Positions 42,185 to 53,429 of a DNA stretch of 64,000 nucleotides are shown here, piece by piece. Each line of letters opens with the position of its first letter. Position 1 is the first letter of the stretch. The notes beneath the pieces were generated by a model. The model saw only the letters and a list, made by a program, of their open reading frames with translations, ran no database searches and was not told where the DNA came from. Origin of the DNA: Synechococcus sp. (lineage in GTDB: Bacteria > Cyanobacteriota > Cyanobacteriia > PCC-6307 > Cyanobiaceae). The DNA is taken from the NCBI GenBank assembly GCA_047285535.1, contig JBJBDC010000001.1, positions 64,136 through 128,135 on the forward strand, given 5' to 3'. A program made the translations under genes and the position numbers.

Positions 42185-42544
42185 TTAATTGGACAAAATT
42201 TTCATGCAAACTTTTCTAGCATCCCAGAAATCAGTGCCGACTTTTTTCCTCATGCAGTTGTCATAAAGTTCTGACTTTGCTAATAGCTCTTTGCTCGAAT
42301 CGGGTAACTGGTCTCTGATTTGATCCCTGGCATCTTTGATTTCACTTCTTTCATACTTGGCTTGGACTTGTTCAATTTCATCATCTTTTTGCCAGTTTTT
42401 CCAAAGAAGATCATTTGTCCAGGCTTTAGTATCTGGATCCAGTCTCTTTGAGGAGAGTGCCTTTGTTTGAGGGTTTTCGTCGTGGAAAACATTAGTGCAT
42501 CCGGCGATGAATAGCAGTGTTAGTGCGATGAGAAGGCGCTTCAC
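42185..42544 (-). CDS. Putative lipoprotein
   Basis: MKRLLIALTLLFIAGC lipobox; C-terminal Cys pair. Confidence 0.65.
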   Translation of the reverse strand: MKRLLIALTLLFIAGCTNVFHDENPQTKALSSKRLDPDTKAWTNDLLWKNWQKDDEIEQVQAKYERSEIKDARDQIRDQLPDSSKELLAKSELYDNCMRKKVGTDFWDARKVCMKILSN

Positions 42545-42999
42545 GTTGACTGCGTGGTGAGTTGACGATATTAACCGATAATTCAATCAATAATGAATTG
42601 AGTTAAAAAATAAGATAACTATGCCGATCGATGAAATCTAGAGAGGGCAGATGATTTCTTTGTGTTTGCATTGTAATCAGTCAAGCAGCCATAATTCCTT
42701 TGTACACTTAAAAATCATTCCGTCTATTTTAATCTTTTGATAGCTTTTCATCTTGTTGAAGGCATTTTTGCTGGCAAGAATAAGCACAATAGAAGACGAT
42801 GATTCGATTGAAGCAGCAATTGATAAGCCAGTTTAATGGCTTGAAAGTCCTTAAAGCCACCCTCATCCCCCGCATTTTCGCACTATCAGCGACGTATCCC
42901 TAGTTCCGCAGACCTATTTAGACAACCAAATCGTCTTCTCGATCAACCTCTTTGTGTTGACTTTTCCAGCTTTCACCGCACCTTAGATGCTTTACAGTC

Positions 43000-43221
43000 A
43001 TGGCATTGATGGATACAAAGGTGGCAAAGCTCGGGAAAATCAGTCTCAAACAGATTCATCAGCTGAATACTGCTGATAGTTCACTTTTAATTCGCAAGCA
43101 TAAAGAGGTTCTCAATCTGATGATGAGGACACTTCAAGTAGACACTTATGGATTGACTTGGATTCAGTTCTTTAAAGGTGCTGGAGTCGGTGGCTTTGTA
43201 GTTTGGATCCTGATGCGTTGA
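43000..43221 (+). CDS. Small protein with a C-terminal TM helix
   Basis: 73 aa ending YGLTWIQFFKGAGVGGFVVWILMR. Confidence 0.6.
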   Translation: MALMDTKVAKLGKISLKQIHQLNTADSSLLIRKHKEVLNLMMRTLQVDTYGLTWIQFFKGAGVGGFVVWILMR

Positions 43222-43499
43222 GATTTTTCAAGGCTTCGATCTGTATTTTGACTCTGATGTGTGAGCAATGTTTGATGATCACTGGCAACGGTCTTGTTTA
43301 GATTGGAGCCCCAAAAAGCCGCATATTTGAATCATCAGGCATCACAGCAATAAGATTGCTAATAAGAAGTTCAATAGGTGAAATGCTTCTTCTGATGACG
43401 TGTTTACATTAAGAATGATGTTGCAGCCATGATATTTTATCTCAACAAAATGAAGACATTTCTGCCTAGCTATCATAATACTCATGATTCAATCGCTGC

Positions 43500-44285
43500 T
43501 TGAAGATGAGAGTATGGTCCAAGAGTCTTTTGGTTGGATTGCTCCTGATGCCTCTGCTCAGGTATTCAGCACAATCAGCCCCTTCTTCCGATAATAGGTG
43601 TGAGAATGTAAGGATTGGAACTTATCTGATTGTCAGTCAAGGAAGTAATCAAGGTATCCCTATAGGGCAACTTCAACTAGAAACCTTGAATGACGACGGA
43701 ACTTTGACTGGTATTCGTTTTCTCAGAGATGGAACGCGCTATAGCAACGTGAATTACACGGGCCGATGGGACAATGTTGCTAGTTGTCAGATACGAATCA
43801 GGCGAGATCTTAGCAGTTTCAACAGCAACGTTCTGTTGACAACACAAGGAGATCCTTATTTTTCTATCGTTACAACACCTGGAATTGTTGCAAGCGAACG
43901 TTGGTTCTTGCAATTAGATGCGCCTTGTACAGAAGATACTATTGTTGGAGATGTATTAAGTCTTCAGCAAGGTCATCAGTTGATCAATGGACAATGGAAA
44001 CCAAATACAGTAATTCAGAGGGAAGAGTGGAGCAAGTGGAGAATGAATGGTGTTGCTATGTCTTCTTATTCTGGGAAGGATGAAGTCGCTACTTATCAGG
44101 GTCAATTTACCCAAACTGATAATTGCGTGGGTAGAATTGACCAACAGGATAGCAACGGGGTACCCTACTCTTACATCGCCATTCTTCGTCCTAATGGTAA
44201 AGGATATGCATATCTACAAACACAAGGTGATTCACTTACTGTGGCAGTTCTCAACCGTATCGATCTGAATAGATCACCTCAATGA
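43500..44285 (+). CDS. Secreted beta-rich protein with internal duplication
   Basis: Signal peptide; two halves each with an early Cys and Y-x-G-x-W/F...C motif. Confidence 0.7.
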   Translation: MKMRVWSKSLLVGLLLMPLLRYSAQSAPSSDNRCENVRIGTYLIVSQGSNQGIPIGQLQLETLNDDGTLTGIRFLRDGTRYSNVNYTGRWDNVASCQIRIRRDLSSFNSNVLLTTQGDPYFSIVTTPGIVASERWFLQLDAPCTEDTIVGDVLSLQQGHQLINGQWKPNTVIQREEWSKWRMNGVAMSSYSGKDEVATYQGQFTQTDNCVGRIDQQDSNGVPYSYIAILRPNGKGYAYLQTQGDSLTVAVLNRIDLNRSPQ

Positions 44286-44880
44286 AGTCAATGAGAGTAA
44301 AATCTATGATTTTCTGAGGCAAACGACTTTGTAGGTGTTCAATGTGGACTATCGCTTCCAAAAGAATATTCATTTTTATGTTTGATTCTGTATTTGAAGT
44401 AAAGCTAGAATCAAATGAATTGATCCCATTGGTTACTCTAAGAGTCGCTTGCTAGTCATTTGAATAAGGGTTGATATCTCTGCGTGTGAACCTCTGTTCT
44501 AGTGAGAGGTTTGCCTATGGATATTCTTTTCCTTCGTAAGAAATAGCATGCGCCTCCCTGGATACGCGCAATATCTCTCAATACAGGTCTATGAAACTTC
44601 TTAATGCTTCTCTTCTGTGATACTTTCTTGATTAAATTAGACTACTTTCTTCTACAATCCTTGGCAAGAATGCTTTGTATCATGCTACTTCCAAGTTTTA
44701 CGAATCAATACCACACTTTTTGATTTATTTGCCTAAATGGACAGTATTTATCACTTTTTGCCCTTTTGAACCCACTGGCCTTGGTGAAATTGTTCGTCCG
44801 CTGACTTTTTTGATGCAATACTTTGTCTTTACCGGTTGCATGTATTAAAATTATCCGATGAATAGCTTACAAGACTCAGA

Positions 44881-45501
44881 ATGGAATCATTTATTCCAAG
44901 TAAAACCGCTCTTCTTCTGATTGGTTTTCAGCGAGATTATTTTGATCCTGATGGCATTCTCTACTCTGTCGTGGAAGAATCTCATCGCCTTTCCGGTACC
45001 CTCGAGCACACTATTGACGTTCTGGATAAGATTATTGATTCTTCCGTTACTATAGTAAATACACCAATAGTTTTTAGCGAGACATATCATGAAATTGAGA
45101 ATCCCATGGGTATACTAAAAGCCATTAAGGATTCTGAAGCTTTTAAGATAGGTACAACTGGGGCAGAAACTATTCCTCAGATTCTGAACTATGGTGATCG
45201 AATTGAAGTGATTCCAGGGAAGCGAGGCTTTAATGCATTTTCGAATACAGCATTAGAAGATCTGCTTGTTCAGAAGGGGATAGAACGTCTTGTCATTGCG
45301 GGTTGTGTTACATCTCTCTGTGTTAATGCCACTGCATTGGCGGCAAAGGAAAACGGTTTTGATGTAACCATCCTGTCCGATTGCACTTCGAGTCGAACGC
45401 CAGTAGAACAAGATATGTTCTGCAAGGAGATATTTCCCTTATTTACTAATGTTGTTGACCATAATCAATTTGCTACTGACATTGTTAGCAATAGTGATTG
45501 A
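44881..45501 (+). CDS. Isochorismatase-family cysteine-hydrolase-like protein
   Basis: TALLLIGFQRDYF, GKRGFNAFSNT.L, AGCVTSLCVNATA, GFDVTILSDC. Confidence 0.88.
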   Translation: MESFIPSKTALLLIGFQRDYFDPDGILYSVVEESHRLSGTLEHTIDVLDKIIDSSVTIVNTPIVFSETYHEIENPMGILKAIKDSEAFKIGTTGAETIPQILNYGDRIEVIPGKRGFNAFSNTALEDLLVQKGIERLVIAGCVTSLCVNATALAAKENGFDVTILSDCTSSRTPVEQDMFCKEIFPLFTNVVDHNQFATDIVSNSD

Positions 45502-47054
45502 TGTCTATCGACCGTTATCAGGACCCAGATGCCACAGCAGTAGCTCAGTCTAGGCTTATTGAACGCTTAGCTGAGTCAGAGAGAAACATAAGAGATATTC
45601 TTTCTAATCTACCAGTTATAGTTGCTCGTTTTGATAGGAATGGTCAAGGTGAAATTGAATTTCTTAACATGGCTTGGAACAGAATATTAGGATATGAAAT
45701 TGATTCTAGTTTGGGCACTGCAATTGATTCTTATGTATTGGCTGATGATCTAGACAAGTGGAGAAATCTTGTCAACAACAGCAAGAAAAGCCATGCCGAT
45801 CCATCAGATGGCCAAGTTCGTTTTCAAGACTCAAAAGGTGAGACTCGCTGGTTGAAGGTTAAATTCGATCAGCGTGAAGGTGGTGAGGTCATTGTTCTCA
45901 TGGAAGATTTTACTGAGCGACGCCGCCTTGATGCAGAACTTTTGCGTGCTCAGCGATTAGAGAGTATTGGAAGACTTGCTGGAGGTTTAGCACATGACTT
46001 TAATAATCTTTTGCAGGTTATTATGGGGTATATTGATATTAGTCAAAGGGTCAATAAAAATCATGGAATCGATACTAAGTATTTGAAGATCGCAAATCAG
46101 GCTTGTGTGCGTGCCGCTGGGCTAACGAAGCAAATGTTGTCTTTTAGTAAAGGTGGAAATCCCGTTCGTAAGATTTGGGCCTTAGAGGATGTTGTGAAGG
46201 AAGCAATGGAGATGAGTTTACATGGTTCAAATGTTAAAGCTGATCTTCAATGCGAACCCTCTATTCCTAAGGTTGATATTGACTCTGGTCAGATTCACCA
46301 GGTTTTTAACAATATTATTTTAAATGCTCAGCAGGCGATGCCAGATGGGGGGCAAATCAAACTAGATATCCGTAGTGAATGGAATGGATCTGATGGTAAG
46401 CAATCTAGGGAAATGGTTGTTGTAGAAGTCACCGATAGTGGTAATGGCATTCAACCATCGGATATGGAGAAGATCTTTGATCCTTTCTTTACAACTAAAA
46501 AACAGGGAACTGGTCTTGGCTTAACAAGTGCCTATTGGATCGTGCAGAGACATGACGGTGATTTACAAATTAAAAGCGAGATTGGATTAGGAACAGTTGT
46601 CCGAATTTCATTACCAGCAGTTCGTAATGTATCGATTCCATTCGAATCGGAAGTTATTGATCAAAAAACATCATCTCCATTAAGGATATTAATCATGGAT
46701 GATGAAGATTTGGTTCGATCAACGTTGGAATTAATGCTTCAAGAGCATGGTCATATTGTCACTAGTACAGAGCATGGTCAAGAGTGTTTAGATACGTACA
46801 TGGAAGCACTCGATAAGAATCAAACTTTTGATTTGGTCATTCTTGACCTTACAATTTCTGGAGGTAAGGGAGGCCTTTGGACCATTAATCAGTTGCGTAA
46901 AGTGAATCCCTCGGTGAAAGCAGTCGTCGCGAGTGGGTATAGCCAAGATAGCATTTTATCTGATTACAAAAAGAGTGGTTTCTGTGCAGTCTTGCAAAAG
47001 CCTTTCGATATGCACCTGTTGACTCGATGTTTAGCCGAGGTGATGTTTGACTGA
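45501..47054 (+). CDS. Cytoplasmic PAS-HisKA-HATPase-REC hybrid histidine kinase
   Basis: PAS (FLNMAW..ILGY), H-box AHDFNNLL, N-box NIILNA, DSGNGI, FDPFFTTK, GTGLGL, receiver DDED...D...KPF; no TM. Confidence 0.92.
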   Translation: MSIDRYQDPDATAVAQSRLIERLAESERNIRDILSNLPVIVARFDRNGQGEIEFLNMAWNRILGYEIDSSLGTAIDSYVLADDLDKWRNLVNNSKKSHADPSDGQVRFQDSKGETRWLKVKFDQREGGEVIVLMEDFTERRRLDAELLRAQRLESIGRLAGGLAHDFNNLLQVIMGYIDISQRVNKNHGIDTKYLKIANQACVRAAGLTKQMLSFSKGGNPVRKIWALEDVVKEAMEMSLHGSNVKADLQCEPSIPKVDIDSGQIHQVFNNIILNAQQAMPDGGQIKLDIRSEWNGSDGKQSREMVVVEVTDSGNGIQPSDMEKIFDPFFTTKKQGTGLGLTSAYWIVQRHDGDLQIKSEIGLGTVVRISLPAVRNVSIPFESEVIDQKTSSPLRILIMDDEDLVRSTLELMLQEHGHIVTSTEHGQECLDTYMEALDKNQTFDLVILDLTISGGKGGLWTINQLRKVNPSVKAVVASGYSQDSILSDYKKSGFCAVLQKPFDMHLLTRCLAEVMFD

Positions 47055-47646
47055 ATTTAGATAAAATGCAAAATCACTATGATTTTAATTTCTGCTGGTA
47101 ATTCGTTTTAGTCTTGTGCATTCATCGATGCTTCTGTGAGACCTGACTGAGGACTTTCTTTCTCTTCAATGTTAATGCTGAAAATTGTTGCTATAGATAA
47201 GGCATTCCTTTTGTTGTCTGGGTGTTTTGTATGTGGCTGAAAGATTCTTTAGTCTTTTCCCTGCGCCTTTTTCTTGGATTTGCCTTTGTTAGGATTTTCA
47301 ACTCATTCATTTAGAATTAAATCAATTTTGAAGATCGATTGATGCGCTGGATAAGTGTCAGATAGCGATCTGACCTCCTGCCTAAAGAATAGAAATGAAA
47401 AAAGGTCAAAATACAGCAACTGTAAATGACAAGTTCGATGATGGTGGCTCATACATTTGTTTCTACTGCTTGTTTTATCCCAGTGAAGCGCGGGATTGCG
47501 TGAGTCCCCTGTGCTTCATCTGGATTACTTCGTTGTCAATGAGTCTTACTTGCGCTTGTGACGCTCTCTTGCATTGAATTAAATTGATCCTTTGATTTTA
47601 TTGAATTTCCCATTTCAGTACCGCTACTGTTTCTTACTGCCTATTC

Positions 47647-47862
47647 TTATGATTTAGCATATTTCTTGCCACCTTCTGGTTTTGATTGGTGATGATTATT
47701 TCTATTCTTGGTTTTGTTTTCGCCTATGTTTAGTGATTTCAAGTTTTTAGCATCAGAAAGCTTTGGCATTTGTACTTTCCTTGATTCAACTCCCCTTGTT
47801 GCTTCGAAATTGATCTGATGATTGTTTTTTCCTGCACTAAATCTACTAGTCTTTTGGCCCAA
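47647..47862 (-). CDS. Small basic hypothetical protein
   Basis: 71-aa Lys/Asn-rich ORF. Confidence 0.35.
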   Translation of the reverse strand: MGQKTSRFSAGKNNHQINFEATRGVESRKVQMPKLSDAKNLKSLNIGENKTKNRNNHHQSKPEGGKKYAKS

Positions 47863-47962
47863 GATCCTTTACCTCTGTAATCCATCGTTGTCTATACTTG
47901 CTCGGCTTGGTTCGTTGTAGTGACAGCCTTTTATTGCTTCTGCTGGGAAATATCTATACGAA

Positions 47963-48121
47963 TTATTTGCTCAGGTACTCATTTATTATGGGTGATTCTT
48001 CGTCTGCTTCCAGTGCTTTAATTTCTCTGGAAATATTATCGATAAAAAGTTGGTTGCCTTTTGTTTTTGCGATGTCAAGTGCTTTTTTTAGCTTTTCCAA
48101 AGCTACTTCTTTTTCGCTCAT
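47963..48121 (-). CDS. Small helical protein (52 aa, not in ORF track)
   Basis: MSEKEVALEKLKKALDIAKTKGNQLFIDNISREIKALEADEESPIINEYLSK*; AGGA upstream. Confidence 0.6.
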   Translation of the reverse strand: MSEKEVALEKLKKALDIAKTKGNQLFIDNISREIKALEADEESPIINEYLSK

Positions 48122-48299
48122 TGAGTTGGTTCCTATCTGTTGGATTTTGAATATTATAGGATTGATGATGTCTTTATGATCATTTGAGTTTCTTCTGTTT
48201 TTACCTCTCTTGCGTGTTACTTACGCTCTTGCCCCACTATTGTTCGCCCTAACGACCTTTGCAATGCGCCTTTATACCGATGGCAAAGCTGTCCAGCTG

Positions 48300-48560
48300 G
48301 CGCAAACTAAGCATATCGAGAGAAGGAGGCGCTTTGACAGACGACACTCCACCTGAGTTATCGGCAGAAGCAAGCTGACTTCAGGTCCCTGCTCCAACAG
48401 TCTCAACAAGACGTGGGTTGTTCCTTTGGTAGGCAATCCCTTGCACGCCACGCCAATCGATGCTCCATTAGCACCGTCCTAGGTGCCCTCAGGAGAAAAC
48501 GACCCAACACCTAGAGCTCCGGCCCCAGGTGATCCTGCAGTTAGTCGCTTCGTACCACGC
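48300..48560. ncRNA. Candidate structured RNA locus, possibly Yfr8/Yfr9-like
   Basis: GC-rich non-coding block in AT-rich surroundings; hairpins at 48352-48385 and 48471-48486; family assignment from recall only. Confidence 0.4.
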
Positions 48561-48712
48561 TTTCAGTTCACTGTTTTCGTTTCGAGGTTAAAGCTTCACC
48601 GATACAGAATCACTGATTACTGGTGTGCGCTATGCATAAACGAGCGAGCTAGGCCGTCTTTTCCATCTGGGAGGGGCGGCCTCCTGATTTCTCAAACCTT
48701 TGGAGAATTCTC

Positions 48713-49012
48713 ATGTCCAATGCAGCTTTTACTGCTCCTAAGACACTTCCGTTGCTGATGTCAGTGTCCGAGGCTGCAGAATGTCGTTCTCGCAATGATC
48801 GACAGACTTATTTTGCTATCACACGCAGTCTCGTTCAAGCTCAGTTTCTTCTTGATGATCGAGAGTTGTCCAGACGTTTATGGCAGGAGATTGCTGACCG
48901 TGATCTTGATGTAGGTAGAATTATTAACTTAATGTATGGATGTTGGTTCCATCAAGATGATGAGGAAATGACATTAGTCGATCAACTTCATCTTTCTCTT
49001 AATTTGGACTAG
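48713..49012 (+). CDS. Picocyanobacterial hypothetical protein
   Basis: 99 aa (LWQEIADRDLDVGRIINLMY); GGAGA RBS. Confidence 0.75.
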   Translation: MSNAAFTAPKTLPLLMSVSEAAECRSRNDRQTYFAITRSLVQAQFLLDDRELSRRLWQEIADRDLDVGRIINLMYGCWFHQDDEEMTLVDQLHLSLNLD

Positions 49013-49532
49013 GTTTTCGACTTATTAGTTTCTTCCCTTTGATCTGACGATATCACTGTCTACATATAATTGATTGCCTCATTCATTTGATGCTTATTCG
49101 CTTTTGTATGTGTTGTTTGGTTTGATGGTTGTCTTGATTTTCTCTTTTTGCTTGTCTAGTTAATCTCATTTTTGATTTAATATACGTGCTTGTTTTGACG
49201 CTTTGCTGTGGATCTAATGATCAATTGACTGCTATCTACTTTTATTTCACCGACTAAGCCGCCACATTTATTGTTCCTGGACATGGTACACGCTCCAATA
49301 TTGATTCTTTCTTGTCTTTAACGATCTATCTTTACGTTCTTACAATGGCGAATTGAGTATTTGTTAATTAGTTGTGTATAAAGTGCAAACTTGTTGATTG
49401 TAAATTCTTCATTGTATGCATCTCTTGTATTCCTGTGAATTCAAAGCTTTATCGCTATCCCTGCATTTTAACTGGTTTTTGAAACGATTTTTTGTTTGTC
49501 TGGGCTTATGGGATTGATCTTTTTCTTTTCAC

Positions 49533-49733
49533 CTATGCGCATCTTTGGTGATGATGGGATTGACTTGCTGCATACCTTCTTCCTGCGCTGTGAGCTTCGT
49601 TAACTGATTTAAAGTTGCCTACATGGTCATAATCGATTCCATTTGTGGTTGCGGAGACGGAATAAAGATTTGTTGTTACCTTTTGCACTGACCAGTGCAT
49701 GAAGCATGATGGAGCTTTTTTGCTTGTGCTCAT
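49533..49733 (-). CDS. Small hypothetical protein
   Basis: 66-aa ATG ORF with purine-rich RBS. Confidence 0.5.
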   Translation of the reverse strand: MSTSKKAPSCFMHWSVQKVTTNLYSVSATTNGIDYDHVGNFKSVNEAHSAGRRYAASQSHHHQRCA

Positions 49734-49999
49734 TGCCTTTCTCTATCCAATGTCTTGAAATTAAGATGTTATTTTCTTTCTGAGCTATTCCCTTAACGAA
49801 ACTCTATCGGATTTAATTTTTCCTTTAGGTTTTACTTGTCCGTTTTCTTCTTTATTGCTTGCAGTAGTGAGTTTTTTACTGTGGGTTTTTTGTTCATCTT
49901 CCCTGTCATTTGATCTTTAAATTTACCTCGTCCTGTTGAAGTTCGCTTGATTGTTGACGCTAAATATACTGTTTAATGTTTACTGTCTTTGCATCGACT

Positions 50000-50284
50000 A
50001 TGTCTCTCGATCAACTAAGAGCTTTCCTTATCAGGATGCAGCATGATGTAAAGCTTATGTCTGATATCCTTACCGCTTCTAATGCAGATGATGATGCAAA
50101 TTATGCAGCAACTTTAGGTTATGAGTTCTCTGGTGATGAACTCTTACGCCAATCTGGCAAGCAAGTAGGACAAGTTACTGTGTTTAATCGGCAACCACAC
50201 GGTGAGTATCATCGATTACACTTTTTTCTGATTGGATTCCTATCCCAATACATTAATATTGATCTAAATTCTAATTCATCTTGA
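50000..50284 (+). CDS. Nif11-like leader peptide protein
   Basis: MSLDQLRAFL..MQHD..L......A...A..LGYEFSGDEL Nif11 pattern. Confidence 0.75.
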   Translation: MSLDQLRAFLIRMQHDVKLMSDILTASNADDDANYAATLGYEFSGDELLRQSGKQVGQVTVFNRQPHGEYHRLHFFLIGFLSQYINIDLNSNSS

Positions 50285-50483
50285 GCTTTTTAGTAGTACC
50301 GCTTAAGTTTTGATACTGCAATACTTATTTTATGTGTTTAATTATTTTCGTTAAATCTTGATTTCATCTTTTAAGCTTTCCGCGTCGCTTTTGTTCGTTA
50401 GTGGACCTGTTTTGCCCCTTGGCTTTTATTCCGATTTCGTATATTTATGTCTACGTCATATGATTGTCCATTAAAACTCTACG

Positions 50484-50735
50484 TTACTTCACTTGTTCTC
50501 CGTCGATGCTGATGTCAAATTCAATACCGAATCGATGTGCTGTTGCTCTAAATCGTTTTGCTAGCTCTATAAATAATTTCTTGACCAATTCGTCATCAAA
50601 ATCATAGATATCTAGATTCGCTGTTTTTGATACTGCCTGAAGATCTTCAATCAGTTTTTCGACCCTTGTTGAAAATATTTTCCCAAATCTAGCTCGCTTT
50701 TCTGTTGACGAGTTGAAATCTGGTAGCTCAGTCAT
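50484..50735 (-). CDS. Hypothetical protein (83 aa)
   Basis: EKRARFGKIFSTRVEKLIEDL...ANLDIYDF amphipathic helices. Confidence 0.65.
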   Translation of the reverse strand: MTELPDFNSSTEKRARFGKIFSTRVEKLIEDLQAVSKTANLDIYDFDDELVKKLFIELAKRFRATAHRFGIEFDISIDGEQVK

Positions 50736-50924
50736 TGTACTGTGATTTTTTTAATTTTCACTAGTTTTACATGTTTTTTTTCTTTTGAGTCAATTGTTGA
50801 ATTTATGTACAATCAAATTTATTGATCATTGTTGGTTCTCTCGTTTTTAGTTGGAATTGGAAGTTAATATAATAGTTCCTGTTGAATAGATTTTGTTTTC
50901 ACTTGATTGAATGCTCTTCTCTTG

Positions 50925-51989
<1,065 letters not shown>

Positions 51990-52105
51990 TCACACTTCCC
52001 GTCTTTTTAATTTGTTAACCCAAATAAAATTCTGATTTTCAAATCCGCTTGATGTCCAGTTGTTCCTGATTTCTATGGGATCATCTCCTCTTGCTGGTTC
52101 TAGAC

Positions 52106-52822
52106 CTATGTATTTGTGCATGCTCCGTTAGTGGTGATCACTACCTGATCACCCAGTTTCATTTCTTTTAACAGTTTTGTTATGTCTTTGTTGTTCATGT
52201 TGATGCAACCACCAGTTACTGCCTTGCCAACTCGTCCTTCATCGTTGGTTCCATGAATTGCAAAGCTGTACCATCTGAATTTTCCTGCATATTCATTAAA
52301 TTCAAATGGTTGTTTGTTTTCTGGCACTGGTTTCAGGCTTATATATCCCATTCCATACTCATTCTTTCTCCCATCTCCCTGAAAATCAATTGAGCTCATG
52401 TCATTAAATAAGTTCTTTACCAGGTATTCCTTGCTTTTCCCTGATTTGTTTATAAGTGATTCTTCCATTTCAAATTTCTCATTGCTTAATATAGCATTGA
52501 CTTTGAATGTTCCTAGCGGTGTCATCCCTTCTTCGAATTGACTACCTTTGCAACTAACTCCATATTTGCCAAACCCAACTTTGAATATTTCATTCCCCAC
52601 TTCTTTGTTTATTGTGGCATAGCTTTCGTCAGGTTTTCTTTGATTTAAATGTATCTGTATTTTAGCGCCTTGACTTTTTGCTGGATCCAATGGATCCTTT
52701 ATCGTTGTACATCCTGCAAGGACGCACAGTATTCCCGCCAAGCCTAGATGTTTTTTCGCCATCAATGAGTACATCTTGGACGTCACTTCCCTATGCTGCG
52801 CTTTCCTTTGCCTTTTCACCAC
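52106..52822 (-). CDS. L,D-transpeptidase (YkuD)-family lipoprotein
   Basis: LAGC lipobox, TPLGTF, IHGT...GGCINM catalytic His/Cys; start uncertain. Confidence 0.85.
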   Translation of the reverse strand: MVKRQRKAQHREVTSKMYSLMAKKHLGLAGILCVLAGCTTIKDPLDPAKSQGAKIQIHLNQRKPDESYATINKEVGNEIFKVGFGKYGVSCKGSQFEEGMTPLGTFKVNAILSNEKFEMEESLINKSGKSKEYLVKNLFNDMSSIDFQGDGRKNEYGMGYISLKPVPENKQPFEFNEYAGKFRWYSFAIHGTNDEGRVGKAVTGGCINMNNKDITKLLKEMKLGDQVVITTNGACTNT

Positions 52823-53024
52823 TATAATCCTTCATTCTCTCACTTTCGCTAGCAATTCTTAGCCCTTCCCGTCATATTTCTTATTTTCTTTCTGTCTTTG
52901 CTTTTGACTTCACTCATTGTTGAACCTCGCGGTTAGCTTTTCTTTTCGCTTAGTTGAAGCCTTCTTACGAAATCGATGCGTTTGAAGCCATTCATCCGAT
53001 GATTGGCATGTTCTACTTAAATCC

Positions 53025-53282
53025 ATGGAATTCAACCTTTTTGCGCTGGCTGCTCCTTCTACCTTCGCTTGGTCTCCTAAAGTTGGCCTTTTAATGGTTT
53101 TATGTAACGTTTTCGCGATTTATATTGGCACCACTATTTTCAAGGCAGGTGAAGGTACTCAGCTTCCCAATCCTACTTATTTCGGTGGATTAGGTTTAGA
53201 AGCTTTAATCGCTACTACCAGCCTTGGTCATGTTATAGGTTTTGGTGTCATCTTGGGTTTAGGAGCGAGTGGATTGCTCTAG
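53025..53282 (+). CDS. psaK: Photosystem I subunit X (PsaK)
   Basis: WSPKVGLLMVLCN...ATTSLGHVIGFGVILGL. Confidence 0.92.
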   Translation: MEFNLFALAAPSTFAWSPKVGLLMVLCNVFAIYIGTTIFKAGEGTQLPNPTYFGGLGLEALIATTSLGHVIGFGVILGLGASGLL

Positions 53283-53429
53283 TGTTCTGAGATGATCCGA
53301 TGCTGTTGCAGAATCAGTCATTGTCGTAGTAATGGCTGCTGATGCAATCGAATTTATTGTTTTTTACTGGTATAATTTGATTCTTTTCAATAGATTGCTT
53401 TTCTAGTCTTTGGTCAATCTATTGTCTAT

